A stretch of 64,000 nucleotides of DNA from an uncultured Bacteroidales bacterium (GTDB lineage Bacteria > Bacteroidota > Bacteroidia > Bacteroidales > Muribaculaceae): contig CACZAC010000015.1 of NCBI GenBank assembly GCA_902779125.1, positions 4,155-68,154 of the forward strand, written 5' to 3'. Positions 10,139-20,432 of the stretch are shown here, piece after piece (the stretch's first letter is position 1; the number at the start of each line of letters is the position of its first letter). Position numbers and translations under genes: made by a program. The notes beneath the pieces are model-generated. The model did not search any database, was not told where the DNA came from, and worked only from the letters and a program-made list of their open reading frames with translations.

Positions 10139-11104
10139 ATGATTACCAATACAGGCTTAAACGAGGTGAAGGAAATCATGGGCTATCTTGACAAGACGCC
10201 TTACTGTGTGACCCGCAAGACGTTGTACGACGCCAACGAGTTGTATGAGGGTTTCAAGATTGACGATGAGGATAGTTACGGCAAGTGCTTTGACGGCAAG
10301 GTGTACCAGTATTACCAGTTTACAGGGATGCAAGATCCTGGTGCGAATGAATCGTTGGCGCGCAGCCTGCACGACCACGGCATTCATGCGGCTTTAAGGA
10401 TTTTTATGGAGGAACACGACCCGCAGCGCTGGGTTGGCGTTATGGGTGGTCATGCTATGCTTCGAACCGATAGGATGTTCTGCGATATCGCTGTCTTGAG
10501 CAAAAGGCTCACCGAGGAGGGTTTCATCATGCTGAGCGGTGGAGGGCCGGGAGCGATGGAAGCTACCCACCTAGGCGCCTGGATGGCTGGACGTACTGGT
10601 GAAGAACTGGACGAAGCGATGGCCATGCTCACCCCCACCCCGTCATTCAGGGATAAAGGTTGGCTGAACTCATCGTTTCGCGTGTTGAAGAAATATCCAC
10701 AGGAGCGTTATATAAGCCTGGGCATCCCGACCTGGTTGTATGGTCACGAGCCATCAACACCATTTGCCACCCACATTGCCAAATTCTTTGATAACAGTGT
10801 GCGAGAGGACAACATCCTCACGCTGGCTTATGGCGGATTAATCTACACGCCAGGTAGCGCGGGAACCATGCAGGAAATCTTCCAGGAAGCGGTTCAGAAC
10901 CATTATCTCTCCTTCGGATTTGCAAGTCCAATGATATTCCTGGGCAAGGAATACTGGTGCACAGAGATGCCTGTTTTCCCCCTGCTGGAACAATTGATGG
11001 AAACCGGCAAATATCAGAACCTGTTGCTCACCCTCACCGATGACCTCGACGAGGTGGTCGATGTGCTCGTCAAGTTTTCGAAGGAAAAGAAGCCCCAGCG
11101 CTAG
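10139..11104 (+). CDS. LOG/SMF-like Rossmann-fold nucleotide-binding protein
   Basis: GVMGGHA, SGGGPGAMEA, LGIPTWLYGHEP, REDNIL, PGSAGTMQEIF. Start moved to 10139 because a TACCTTTG -7 box at 10094-10101 lies inside the ORF-track N-terminus. Confidence 0.8.
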   Translation: MITNTGLNEVKEIMGYLDKTPYCVTRKTLYDANELYEGFKIDDEDSYGKCFDGKVYQYYQFTGMQDPGANESLARSLHDHGIHAALRIFMEEHDPQRWVGVMGGHAMLRTDRMFCDIAVLSKRLTEEGFIMLSGGGPGAMEATHLGAWMAGRTGEELDEAMAMLTPTPSFRDKGWLNSSFRVLKKYPQERYISLGIPTWLYGHEPSTPFATHIAKFFDNSVREDNILTLAYGGLIYTPGSAGTMQEIFQEAVQNHYLSFGFASPMIFLGKEYWCTEMPVFPLLEQLMETGKYQNLLLTLTDDLDEVVDVLVKFSKEKKPQR

Positions 11105-11958
11105 TCAATGCACATGAGATTACCCTGAGCAAGGATGCAGCTCTTGCCTCCGACCCAGATGGTGCCGTCGTCTTCCAGCATGGTGGCGACTACCGATGGA
11201 CGTCCCATCGTCTCGCCTTGCAGGAAACGGCATGCGGAGGGCACTGCAATGAGCCCTCTGCGATGCAGATAATGGGTCAATGCGGCATTGGCAGTACCTG
11301 TTGCTGACTCCTCGGGAATGCCATACAATGGACCGAAATTGCGGACATGAGCCGTATAGCCATCCTCACTCAACGCAAAAGCATGTACTCCTGTCACTTC
11401 CAGTTCCTGGCTTAGTTCACTCAAGGCGTCCATGTCGGGCTGCATGGCATTCAGGTCATCCACAGTAGCCACGGGCATCATGATGTCGGGCAGACCGGTA
11501 GAGACGATTTCTATGGGCATATCTGGCCAACCAGGCATCGTGGTACCCACCATGATACCGTGCAAGCGCTCTGTATCTACACGCTTCTCAATCACGCGGG
11601 GCATTGCCATCTGCATCATCACCTGTTCACCAATCCTCACCTCAAGGTCACCTGCCAGCGTGTGGTTCATGCACACATCGCCATCGCGCAAAATGCCCGT
11701 CTGGCACAGCACCCCGAAGGTAGCGATAGTCGCATGACCGCACAGGTCCACCTCGCCCTTCGGCGTAAAGTAACGCACCGTGAACTCTGTAGCGCCATTC
11801 TGCTGTACAAAGGCCGTCTCGCTGTAGCGCAACTCTGCAGCCACTAGCCGCATCAGTTCGTCAGTAGGGAAATCCCGGTCCAACAACACGACACCCGCAG
11901 GATTCCCGCCAAACGGCTCACTCGTAAACGCATCAACAATATAGTACTTCATACCCAA
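11101..11958 (-). CDS. PhzF-family isomerase/epimerase
   Basis: IVDAFTSEPFGGNPAGVV, SETAF, EVDLCGHAT, RNFGPLYGIPEESATGTA, QGETMGRPS. Confidence 0.93.
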   Translation of the reverse strand: MGMKYYIVDAFTSEPFGGNPAGVVLLDRDFPTDELMRLVAAELRYSETAFVQQNGATEFTVRYFTPKGEVDLCGHATIATFGVLCQTGILRDGDVCMNHTLAGDLEVRIGEQVMMQMAMPRVIEKRVDTERLHGIMVGTTMPGWPDMPIEIVSTGLPDIMMPVATVDDLNAMQPDMDALSELSQELEVTGVHAFALSEDGYTAHVRNFGPLYGIPEESATGTANAALTHYLHRRGLIAVPSACRFLQGETMGRPSVVATMLEDDGTIWVGGKSCILAQGNLMCID

Positions 11959-11989
11959 GAATTTTGAAACCTCATTTCATCTCACACCC

Positions 11990-14386
11990 CTAGAAATCAG
12001 TCATCTGTTTTCGATCGAAGAATACCATCTGCAAGAAAATACCAATGAACATGGCAAAGAACGAGAACATAACCAAAAACTTAGGCAAGATGAATAAGTC
12101 ATGGTTGGTATTCGGAATATGGTATCTGATAGCAAGCCGTCCCATATAATAGGACGTGTCATTACTGAATCTCACATGAGTCATAGACTCTACTCTTCCA
12201 ATTATAGGAGACAGTTTCCCCTCCGTACCTTTTGTCATTACTGAGCCTGAAATGGTATCATCATGTTGTCTTGTTGTTTCCCTATTTTCAACACATTTAT
12301 CTATAAACTTGTGTAATTCTTTTACATCAAAAGATCCGATTGCATTAGTATGTGATACATCTGAATTATATAATTCCAAATCATAGAAAGTAGGTGTGTG
12401 TCCATGCCTAGCTATGTATCTATCCGCAACAAAATTGATGACAAAAAGCCCTATGACAAATGAAATACAGTAGCTTATTAACAAGAATTCCAAAGCCCTA
12501 AATGAGCGCAGTATGGAATCAGATGTTGGAATAGTTCGATTGATTCTTGACATAATAAACCCAAACACAACAACTGTCAAAGCAAATGCTATGGGCGCAG
12601 AGAATTGGCGATCATAAAAAGCAATGAATACATCAAATCCCATCAACAGTGTTAACCATGCGGTAGTAATAGAAGCTACCAATTTTGGTAAAAACAAGTG
12701 AGAACTTTTAATGGGGTGAATGCTTGGGAGTCTGAACCGACCTAAACACCAAAACCACTTGCAGAATAAATAAATTGTCCCAACAACTGTTACAATCCCA
12801 AAAATCCAATCATTAAAGGACCATTCATTAAAGGACCATTCATTAAAAAACAATTCATTAAATTTTTTAGAAATATAATCAACTATACCATTACTCTGTA
12901 ACACTTTTGCAGTAAATGTCACGAACCAATAGGACACGATAATTAGAACAATCAGACGTTTAGAATATAACCTATTATTTATCTTAGTCAAACATGTTCC
13001 ATCATGCCTTACATAAAAATATACGAACCCTAAAACCAATGTCATAACTATAACTGCCCCCATCAAATGATAACAATCCAAGCTATCTGTCATGACAAAC
13101 TCAAATGCGCCTTTTACGGTATCAATTCCACAACTATGGCCGATAAACAATAAAAAGAAAAACACAAGCGTTAAGGCAAATAAGATCACATTCAAATGCT
13201 TGAACACATGTAGATGAACTACATCATTAAAATCAAATCGATCAAGAAACCATTGTGATACCCGAACACGATTTTCTTGCTCTGATTCAAGCATGGAACA
13301 AATGATTGCGCTATCCCTATGGTTTTCTTGTTCCTTCTCAAGTGATAAGTACTCCACCAGTGTCCTCGCATTGCAATTATGCTGATTATTCCATTCCTTC
13401 ACCGAGAAATGCACTCGACGCATTTCTTCTTCAGGGGTGGCAAACCAAGATGGCCACCTGAGCCCGCTCATTATTTCAAATATAATCGACCGAAACATCG
13501 TACTACGTTTTGGGAAATCATGTTCAAAACAAGTTTCGGACATCGGGTTCATGATGTCATTAATCCATTTTGCCTGGGCATCAAAAAGTTCTTTACCGTA
13601 TAAATATATAAGTTCATCCTTTTTTTCCGAAAGATGCTGTTTATTCATTTCCTTTTCTTTTTCATACCACTCAACAGCATTCTCTACAAGTGTACGATAA
13701 TAATAGAATTCACACTTGTGCATTAGGGAAGAGAAAAAGAAATTGGACATCAGTCCTGTATACATTCTATCATAATTCTTGCTCACACAGAAAACATCTG
13801 AGTGTTTCATATCAAACATGAAGTCAAGAATTAACTTCCGTAAAAATTTTACAACTACTTTCTCTTCAGAATTATTGTATAAGTCAATAATACCATTCTT
13901 ATCACTCATGTCCATTAACCAAAGCGTGGAATAGGATGCCTCCTCCTTCCTGCCCTGAAGACCTTTTTCACTTTTAATTAATTGATCAAAGTATCGACTG
14001 CCGACCTCGTTTCCACCTAAAGTTGGAAATTTGGCTAGATAGGCACCTTTTATTACGTCTGTTAAATCCAGAGACGCCTTTTCGACATAGGGAAGTTCTA
14101 GAATAACTTCACCCATGTGAGCAAGGCCAAGCTTTGGTTCTGCTCGAGTGAATTCTCCTATCGACAATTGGTATTCTGGTGATTCACCAGCCCCGTCCCG
14201 ATAAGCGCAATAGTGCAAGCGGAATTTCACCGAATCCGCATCAATAATCATGCTAATGGGATACTTGGGAGACATCGGCTTTTCCAAGCCTTCATAAGCT
14301 GCGACTTCGATATAGTCAAAGATTGTCACTCCGTCGACAACCTTTGACAACGACTGGTTCAGTCTGAAGAAACGTCCGTTGCTCAT
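11990..14386 (-). CDS. Polytopic membrane protein with a large soluble N-terminal domain (about 798 aa), unknown function
   Basis: About 400 aa soluble N-terminus, then roughly 9-10 hydrophobic segments. The ATG at 14386 overlaps the upstream stop as ATGA (14383-14386), so the start was moved from 14434. Confidence 0.8.
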   Translation of the reverse strand: MSNGRFFRLNQSLSKVVDGVTIFDYIEVAAYEGLEKPMSPKYPISMIIDADSVKFRLHYCAYRDGAGESPEYQLSIGEFTRAEPKLGLAHMGEVILELPYVEKASLDLTDVIKGAYLAKFPTLGGNEVGSRYFDQLIKSEKGLQGRKEEASYSTLWLMDMSDKNGIIDLYNNSEEKVVVKFLRKLILDFMFDMKHSDVFCVSKNYDRMYTGLMSNFFFSSLMHKCEFYYYRTLVENAVEWYEKEKEMNKQHLSEKKDELIYLYGKELFDAQAKWINDIMNPMSETCFEHDFPKRSTMFRSIIFEIMSGLRWPSWFATPEEEMRRVHFSVKEWNNQHNCNARTLVEYLSLEKEQENHRDSAIICSMLESEQENRVRVSQWFLDRFDFNDVVHLHVFKHLNVILFALTLVFFFLLFIGHSCGIDTVKGAFEFVMTDSLDCYHLMGAVIVMTLVLGFVYFYVRHDGTCLTKINNRLYSKRLIVLIIVSYWFVTFTAKVLQSNGIVDYISKKFNELFFNEWSFNEWSFNDWIFGIVTVVGTIYLFCKWFWCLGRFRLPSIHPIKSSHLFLPKLVASITTAWLTLLMGFDVFIAFYDRQFSAPIAFALTVVVFGFIMSRINRTIPTSDSILRSFRALEFLLISYCISFVIGLFVINFVADRYIARHGHTPTFYDLELYNSDVSHTNAIGSFDVKELHKFIDKCVENRETTRQHDDTISGSVMTKGTEGKLSPIIGRVESMTHVRFSNDTSYYMGRLAIRYHIPNTNHDLFILPKFLVMFSFFAMFIGIFLQMVFFDRKQMTDF

Positions 14387-16086
14387 CTTTGCTCTTTTTT
14401 CAGATTCATCACATGCTGCCGAATAAACCCACAAGCCGACATAAACATATCTTTGGTCTCCTGACTAACATCATGGCTCGATATATACCCATCAAACATA
14501 TCTCTGAAATATAAATACTCCTCCCATATATCACTCCACTGACGAGTTGTGCCAAACGCCGTCAAATGGATCATCTGAGTCAGGTGCTCGAGCATACCGC
14601 CAAGATACTCATTCTTTTGCACAAAGTCGGTTATCAATACAGAGCCTTTAATACTAAAAATATCTTTCCCATTTGTTGGGTACTCAACATCCTTGAGCAT
14701 TCGTTGATAATGATATTGGAGGCTCAAAACCTCTCTATATTTGCTGCTGGCTCTCTCCCTCACGGTTTGATTGTCATATTTGGAATTATCGGGATCATAA
14801 ATATTGTTGACACCTTGAATGATTTCATCTGCAGATAATTTATTAATACCCGAACGGTCCAATCTTCTATCCATTAACTTTATAAGATTGTACATAAACA
14901 ATTGAGGGGTATTAGTCGGGCAAGCCCCAACACTGATATGCCAATACTCTTCATTCAGATTTAAGCCTTCAGCTAGCAAGCGCTCGTGAACTGCAGACGG
15001 ATAAGCGGACATAAACATGAAAAACAAACAATCTCTCGGACCGATTATATAGTCATTTTTGTGGTTTTCTATTTCTCTCAATAATTTGTAGCCATATTCA
15101 TTTTCACCCAATAGATAGTCAAGAAGAATAAAATCATACTTTCTATTTTTTAACGCTTTCTTTGCTCCACTTAAGTTTTCCACATATTCAATCAGAAGAT
15201 TACAATCGAGATGTGTATCATAGTTCTCCTGATAGGGCCTAGACTTAATCCCCTCAAACATTTTCTTTAGTCGGCTTTCTATAATCTTCACTTTAGAAAC
15301 CAAGGAGGCATCGGAGAGCGACTTATAAGGGGGCATTGGAGAGTTTGCTTTATCGTCCACCAACAAGATACGCCACTTGTAATTGAATATTCTATCAATT
15401 ATTGTTTTATTATCCGCATCATCAGTCAACTTGCTTAAAATTTTACTCTCAGAATGAAAGACAAAAGGACTAACATGCACACCATGACTATCAAACTTTA
15501 AATGTGATTCTCGTGTCTTCCTAGCATTAAATTCTGCGTATTCTTTAGCAACATCTAAGTCATACAATCCATTTTTAATATTATACGTGATATCCTCAAT
15601 GGCCTTTTTCAGTTGTTTCTTATTCTTGGCATCAAAAGAAACTTGTGACGTGATGACATCTTCATCTAATTTAATAAAAAAATTCCAGATAGAACTATCA
15701 ACAACAGCAGCATAACGTTTTGCTCTAGGTTCTTCAAAAGACATCCTACAGAAATGCAGTATTGGACTATAAATACCCGAAATAAACTGCTCTTGCCCGT
15801 ACATGTAATATCTTTTTGTCCCATCTTTTATAAATCGCTCCGTTCTCTCATGAGAAACATTACCGCGAAAATCATTAGCATGGTGAATTAAGACATCAAA
15901 TTCATAATTGCCAGCCAAACTAGGATCAATCTTTATTTCTGACAATACTCTCTTGATTTCAAAAATCAATTTCCAACAATAAATGTAGTAATCTGCACCG
16001 TCAACAGCTGCGTTATATAAATACGGACGGAATTTTGAAACAGTAATGGTTCCATCCTCTTTTATCGTATACTTCAAAGGTATCAT
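14383..16086 (-). CDS. Receiver (REC)-domain protein with uncharacterised N- and C-terminal domains
   Basis: WRILLVDD (beta1), YDFILLDYLLG (beta3 Asp), FFMFMSAY (beta4 Ser); no HTH recognised. Confidence 0.75.
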   Translation of the reverse strand: MIPLKYTIKEDGTITVSKFRPYLYNAAVDGADYYIYCWKLIFEIKRVLSEIKIDPSLAGNYEFDVLIHHANDFRGNVSHERTERFIKDGTKRYYMYGQEQFISGIYSPILHFCRMSFEEPRAKRYAAVVDSSIWNFFIKLDEDVITSQVSFDAKNKKQLKKAIEDITYNIKNGLYDLDVAKEYAEFNARKTRESHLKFDSHGVHVSPFVFHSESKILSKLTDDADNKTIIDRIFNYKWRILLVDDKANSPMPPYKSLSDASLVSKVKIIESRLKKMFEGIKSRPYQENYDTHLDCNLLIEYVENLSGAKKALKNRKYDFILLDYLLGENEYGYKLLREIENHKNDYIIGPRDCLFFMFMSAYPSAVHERLLAEGLNLNEEYWHISVGACPTNTPQLFMYNLIKLMDRRLDRSGINKLSADEIIQGVNNIYDPDNSKYDNQTVRERASSKYREVLSLQYHYQRMLKDVEYPTNGKDIFSIKGSVLITDFVQKNEYLGGMLEHLTQMIHLTAFGTTRQWSDIWEEYLYFRDMFDGYISSHDVSQETKDMFMSACGFIRQHVMNLKKEQR

Positions 16087-16098
16087 ATTGATATATCA

Positions 16099-16695
16099 TT
16101 AAGGTTTTTCATTAGTTTCAATTTTATTCCAAATTAATTGAATGATATCAGTATTTGGATTCAACTCATTTTTTTCTATGAGGTAAATGTAAATTATTGA
16201 GTACACCCGCTCATTATCCTCCATGTCATGTTGATAGCCATAAATCTTAAAAAGGGCATCAGATCGCTCTCTTTTGACAATATCAAGGATACTTCCTACC
16301 ACTAGATCATCTTGGGCAAAAGAGCGCTCAGAAGCAAAATCCAACTTAAATAAATCTTCATCATGAGCGACCAATAGAATCTCTAGCTTATTGCTTTGGT
16401 TCTGACTACCAAAATCATCAAGAACATCCCGAACCATTGCGCCAACGATATCTTGGCGCATTTTTAGCTCAAGATTCTTAACTTGACTCTTAGCGATACA
16501 CGGCATTACATACATGTAGCTATCGTCTGTAAGTTGCCGTTTAAAAGGGTTCAACTGTCCTGTTTCGAATATCGTTATTATATTCTTATTTAATAAATTA
16601 TTGATTGTATTACAAACATGCTTGCTCAGGAATCGTCTACAATCGTGCTTACGGAGCGCTTCGGGCTGTTTTGTAGTTAAAATTAATACTCTCAT
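16099..16695 (-). CDS. Hypothetical alpha/beta protein (possible degenerate receiver-like fold)
   Basis: 198 aa AT-rich ORF with 11-12 bp gaps to both neighbours; MRVLILTT, EILLVAHDEDL, KIYGYQHD strands. The fold assignment is inference. Confidence 0.65.
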   Translation of the reverse strand: MRVLILTTKQPEALRKHDCRRFLSKHVCNTINNLLNKNIITIFETGQLNPFKRQLTDDSYMYVMPCIAKSQVKNLELKMRQDIVGAMVRDVLDDFGSQNQSNKLEILLVAHDEDLFKLDFASERSFAQDDLVVGSILDIVKRERSDALFKIYGYQHDMEDNERVYSIIYIYLIEKNELNPNTDIIQLIWNKIETNEKP

Positions 16696-16706
16696 TTTAC
16701 TTGAAT

Positions 16707-19700
16707 TTAAGATTTCTTTCTCATATATATCGTATTATAAAGCAATTGGGACAGTTGGAACTTCGAATTATTAAATGCATTCTCTAAAGCTGAGAGGCTG
16801 ACAAAAGGATACAACCTTAAGGCTTCATTCATATCTTTGCTTAAACTGTTGCCCCTCCCAGAATGAACCGCAATAAACGCATCTTCTCCGAAATACTCTT
16901 TCAACATCCCCATAAACGCCTCAATTCTGTCTTTTGACAGTTTATTTTCAAGCATCTGATCTGCATCTAAATTCAACAGATTGTTTATATAAGCATTCAC
17001 TATTCTTGAATTCTTCAGAATCTTCTCTATAAGCCCTAAATGTATCGTCAAAAAATGAGTTTCGTTGCTATAATTATTGAAACTATTCCCCACAAAAACA
17101 CGCGATAATGCAGCTTCATTAGCTCCTAAAGTAGAATCTGAGTTTTCATCAAAATTTAGAAGTCTTATATTTTTCAACGATAACCATTCTAATGCATTTT
17201 TCTTCACTTTTGTCGTCTTAAAGAGCCTTTCATCGATAATCGTTATTCTGGTCAAAGCCGATTCTTTAATCTTTAACGCCAACAATTCATCGGCTTCTTC
17301 TTTGAAATGGTCATCTCGATTGAAACCATTCTTTACTGCATTTTTGAATAATTCCTCTAAAGTTATCGTAAAATTGCCTCCGGAAACCGTATCAACATAT
17401 GCCAAGCCTTTATTCTTCTTGCCTGGTTTTTCCTTTGAATCCAAATGATACTTAAAATAAATCCTGTACTGTATGTTCGAATTATCACCCATCACTCCTT
17501 CTTCAAGATACGACTTATATAGCGGTTCACATAAAGGCGGCTCGCCATCTCGCATAAAACAAATTGCATACTTGTCAATGTCAGGGAATCGTTCTTTAAT
17601 TGCGCGTCTGAACTTTTCTAAATCTGATTTCTTCTTTCCGCAATCATATTCAATGACTCTTGTAAATACTTTTCGCAAGTCTGGACACATGACATCGATG
17701 AACTGTTCTGTCTTCTTTACCTCAACGACATCAGCCATCACGTTAAACATCTCGTGTTCATTTGTTGATGAATCATTTGTCAATTTGATTTGTTGACAGG
17801 TTTGATAAATCGGCAATGTAAATAAAAGTCCAAGATTTGAATTGCTTTCAACATGTTTTATTCTATTATTTCTATCATAGATTCTAAATCCCGTGACTCC
17901 TTCGCCCTCAACAACCTTTACAAACTTAAAGCCATAATATTCAATCAAATCAAGCTTTTTCATTGAATCTTCCTCATTATTAATTCTTGTTAATATATCT
18001 GAAAAAGATTCATTTTCTCCAAACATATAAGCTCTCATCCATATCGTTGACAACAGCATCTCTTTAAGACCTTTATCTTCTTTTGCAAGGACATTTGATT
18101 TATCGATGACTTCTAATCTGCCTAACCTTTCACATAAATCCAAGAAAAGAGTTTTGCAGCCATTGTCATCAGAATATTTATTTGCATTTCGTTTATTATC
18201 ATAGAAAATGATATCCAAATGATTCTTTTTAGGCTCCGAATAAGGTCGAATCACTATAGTAAATACCAGTCCATCTTTTTCACTAACATCTTCTCTTAAA
18301 TTTTTAGCAGAGTTTCGAATGAAATTCTCCAGCACCGTAAAAAAAGCATGAGATGACATGATTCCACCTGGAAGAGCCAGATTCAACCTTGATAGATCAT
18401 TCTTAATCCCTTGTTCTTGTGATATTATATTCTCATGCCATGAACCAGTAAAATCACGATAAACCACTCCATCATTTGAGTATTTTACTTTTAGAAATAA
18501 TCGATTCTCGTGTCGCAAATTTTCGTCATCCGTTTTCACATCGTCTCGAGTAAAGTTTTCTGAACGAATTAGGTTGGTCAACAAGAAATTAGTAGTCCTT
18601 TTATTCGTTTCCTCAGGAAAATGCCTATGTGAAAAATCATCAACCGTCAATTCATCAAAAATCTGAGATTTAAAGTTTACTGGACCATACGAATATTTAT
18701 CATTCGATATTATTGTGGCAAGAAAATCCATTCTTGATTGAAGATAACCTAAAACCTTTGCCACGCCCCTAATATCAGGCGCAACATCTCCATCATCCGC
18801 TGCTTTTTGTTCAAGATAGGATTTCGTGTAATACAGGTAATGGCTACCTAGATTATGACTCATATTGCGAGACATAATTGCTGCTATTGCCGATTTAATT
18901 GCCTCACTCTTAGAATAATTCAATAGTTGTTTTGTTGTATGAATGGATGCCCAATTTTGGAGACAATCAAATACTGATAACGAAAGAGTCAAGCTATTGT
19001 TTGAAAATAATGCGATTCCACCCGCCGTTATTTGCTTTATTCCATGTTCGTTGCAAATCTCAAAAGCCGGTGGTATTAATGCTGCATAATACTTAATTTT
19101 ATTTTTTGTTGTTGGCCAAGTAAATAATATTGCCATTTTTATGGCATCTTTTGCATTCAGTAAATCGGGGTGATTCGCAAACTTCTCGTTGATTTCATCG
19201 TCGAAATTCTCAAAGTCATTTTTTTCAAAAGCCAAAATTCGAGGCATCTTCTTCAAATCATTTTTAACTTCTGCCATAAACTTCTGGTGTTGTCCACTGA
19301 GCTTCCCAACTCCAGTTTTAATAGAATAAGTTGCGGAAATAAGTTTAGAAACTTTCAAATGAATCTCATAATATTCATAGTTTGATGGCGTATGAAGTCT
19401 TTTAACATCAATAGTTATCGGTCTCGATGCAGTTATATCCAATGCCCCATTTATACACAAAGATATTCGATTGCTTCCACTAAAATACAACTCTTCAGTA
19501 AAATTCTTATAAAATAGATCCGTTCCCTGAAAGTTGTCGTACTCTTTCAGTGATGCTAAACCTTCCATCCATATTCTCTTTGCATCATCATATGTTTTAG
19601 GGGCGTATATATCATAATTAACCGATTTGATTCTCGGTGTTTCAAGTGACGTTTGGAAATCATATTCAACAAAATGACAATAAGCGACGCCAACTTCACT

Positions 19701-19754
19701 AGATATAACAGAAATTGCATTCTTTACGTTCTCTAACTTTTGCTTATCTAACAT
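16707..19754 (-). CDS. Soluble atypical histidine kinase-like protein (H-box, GHKL ATPase, C-terminal pseudo-receiver)
   Basis: H-box AIMSRNMSHNLGSH; N-box FFTVLENFIRNSAKN; IIFYDN; EDKGLKEM; LGLLFTLPI; C-terminal RITIIDER...FLTIHLG...AVHSGRG. No TM segment. Confidence 0.75.
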   Translation of the reverse strand: MLDKQKLENVKNAISVISSEVGVAYCHFVEYDFQTSLETPRIKSVNYDIYAPKTYDDAKRIWMEGLASLKEYDNFQGTDLFYKNFTEELYFSGSNRISLCINGALDITASRPITIDVKRLHTPSNYEYYEIHLKVSKLISATYSIKTGVGKLSGQHQKFMAEVKNDLKKMPRILAFEKNDFENFDDEINEKFANHPDLLNAKDAIKMAILFTWPTTKNKIKYYAALIPPAFEICNEHGIKQITAGGIALFSNNSLTLSLSVFDCLQNWASIHTTKQLLNYSKSEAIKSAIAAIMSRNMSHNLGSHYLYYTKSYLEQKAADDGDVAPDIRGVAKVLGYLQSRMDFLATIISNDKYSYGPVNFKSQIFDELTVDDFSHRHFPEETNKRTTNFLLTNLIRSENFTRDDVKTDDENLRHENRLFLKVKYSNDGVVYRDFTGSWHENIISQEQGIKNDLSRLNLALPGGIMSSHAFFTVLENFIRNSAKNLREDVSEKDGLVFTIVIRPYSEPKKNHLDIIFYDNKRNANKYSDDNGCKTLFLDLCERLGRLEVIDKSNVLAKEDKGLKEMLLSTIWMRAYMFGENESFSDILTRINNEEDSMKKLDLIEYYGFKFVKVVEGEGVTGFRIYDRNNRIKHVESNSNLGLLFTLPIYQTCQQIKLTNDSSTNEHEMFNVMADVVEVKKTEQFIDVMCPDLRKVFTRVIEYDCGKKKSDLEKFRRAIKERFPDIDKYAICFMRDGEPPLCEPLYKSYLEEGVMGDNSNIQYRIYFKYHLDSKEKPGKKNKGLAYVDTVSGGNFTITLEELFKNAVKNGFNRDDHFKEEADELLALKIKESALTRITIIDERLFKTTKVKKNALEWLSLKNIRLLNFDENSDSTLGANEAALSRVFVGNSFNNYSNETHFLTIHLGLIEKILKNSRIVNAYINNLLNLDADQMLENKLSKDRIEAFMGMLKEYFGEDAFIAVHSGRGNSLSKDMNEALRLYPFVSLSALENAFNNSKFQLSQLLYNTIYMRKKS

Positions 19755-20410
19755 CTTTTCCTTCCAATAATATAACTGATTATTCGATTCCTATTTGTCA
19801 TATTCTCTATAAATGGAAAAATCCCTTTTTCCTCTATATAGAACTTTTCAACAAACAATTCCAGGATAGAGACGGCATAAGATTCTATTTTTGTTGTTTC
19901 AGATATTCTTTTGCCATCACTTTTAAACAAGTCATCCTCTTGTGTAAAATCCCCAAATAGCAATATACCGCCAGGTTTAACAATATTAAATAACTGATTC
20001 CTATATTCTCTCCAATCTTCTGGATCTATATGATGAAATATGCCCCAACAAATAACGCCATCAAATTCGTTATCATTAAACATTTTTTCCGGTTCTTTCG
20101 TCGGGAAAATGACCTTGTTTACATTAATGTTTTCATATTCTATACAATAATTAAGAGCATTATAGGACACATCATAATAGTAAACATCACAATATGAATA
20201 AGTATCTGCTATGTACTTACCTAATCTACCTGTACCACATCCATAATCCAAAATGCGAATAGTTTTTTTGTCGCCTATCTTGTCTACCAATCCATCCAGC
20301 AGATATTTTGGTAACGCAGTATTAACCCATGGCAGAAATGGAATAGAATCAATTTTTTCATAGACTCTCTCCCATGCATCATTTATTCGCTTTCTTCTAT
20401 CTATTAACAT
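19748..20410 (-). CDS. Class I SAM-dependent methyltransferase
   Basis: RILDYGCGTGRLG (motif I), YYDVS, FDGVICWGIFHHI, VKPGGILLF. Confidence 0.92.
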   Translation of the reverse strand: MLIDRRKRINDAWERVYEKIDSIPFLPWVNTALPKYLLDGLVDKIGDKKTIRILDYGCGTGRLGKYIADTYSYCDVYYYDVSYNALNYCIEYENINVNKVIFPTKEPEKMFNDNEFDGVICWGIFHHIDPEDWREYRNQLFNIVKPGGILLFGDFTQEDDLFKSDGKRISETTKIESYAVSILELFVEKFYIEEKGIFPFIENMTNRNRIISYIIGRKRC

Positions 20411-20432
20411 CAGTATAATAATATTAAAGAAA

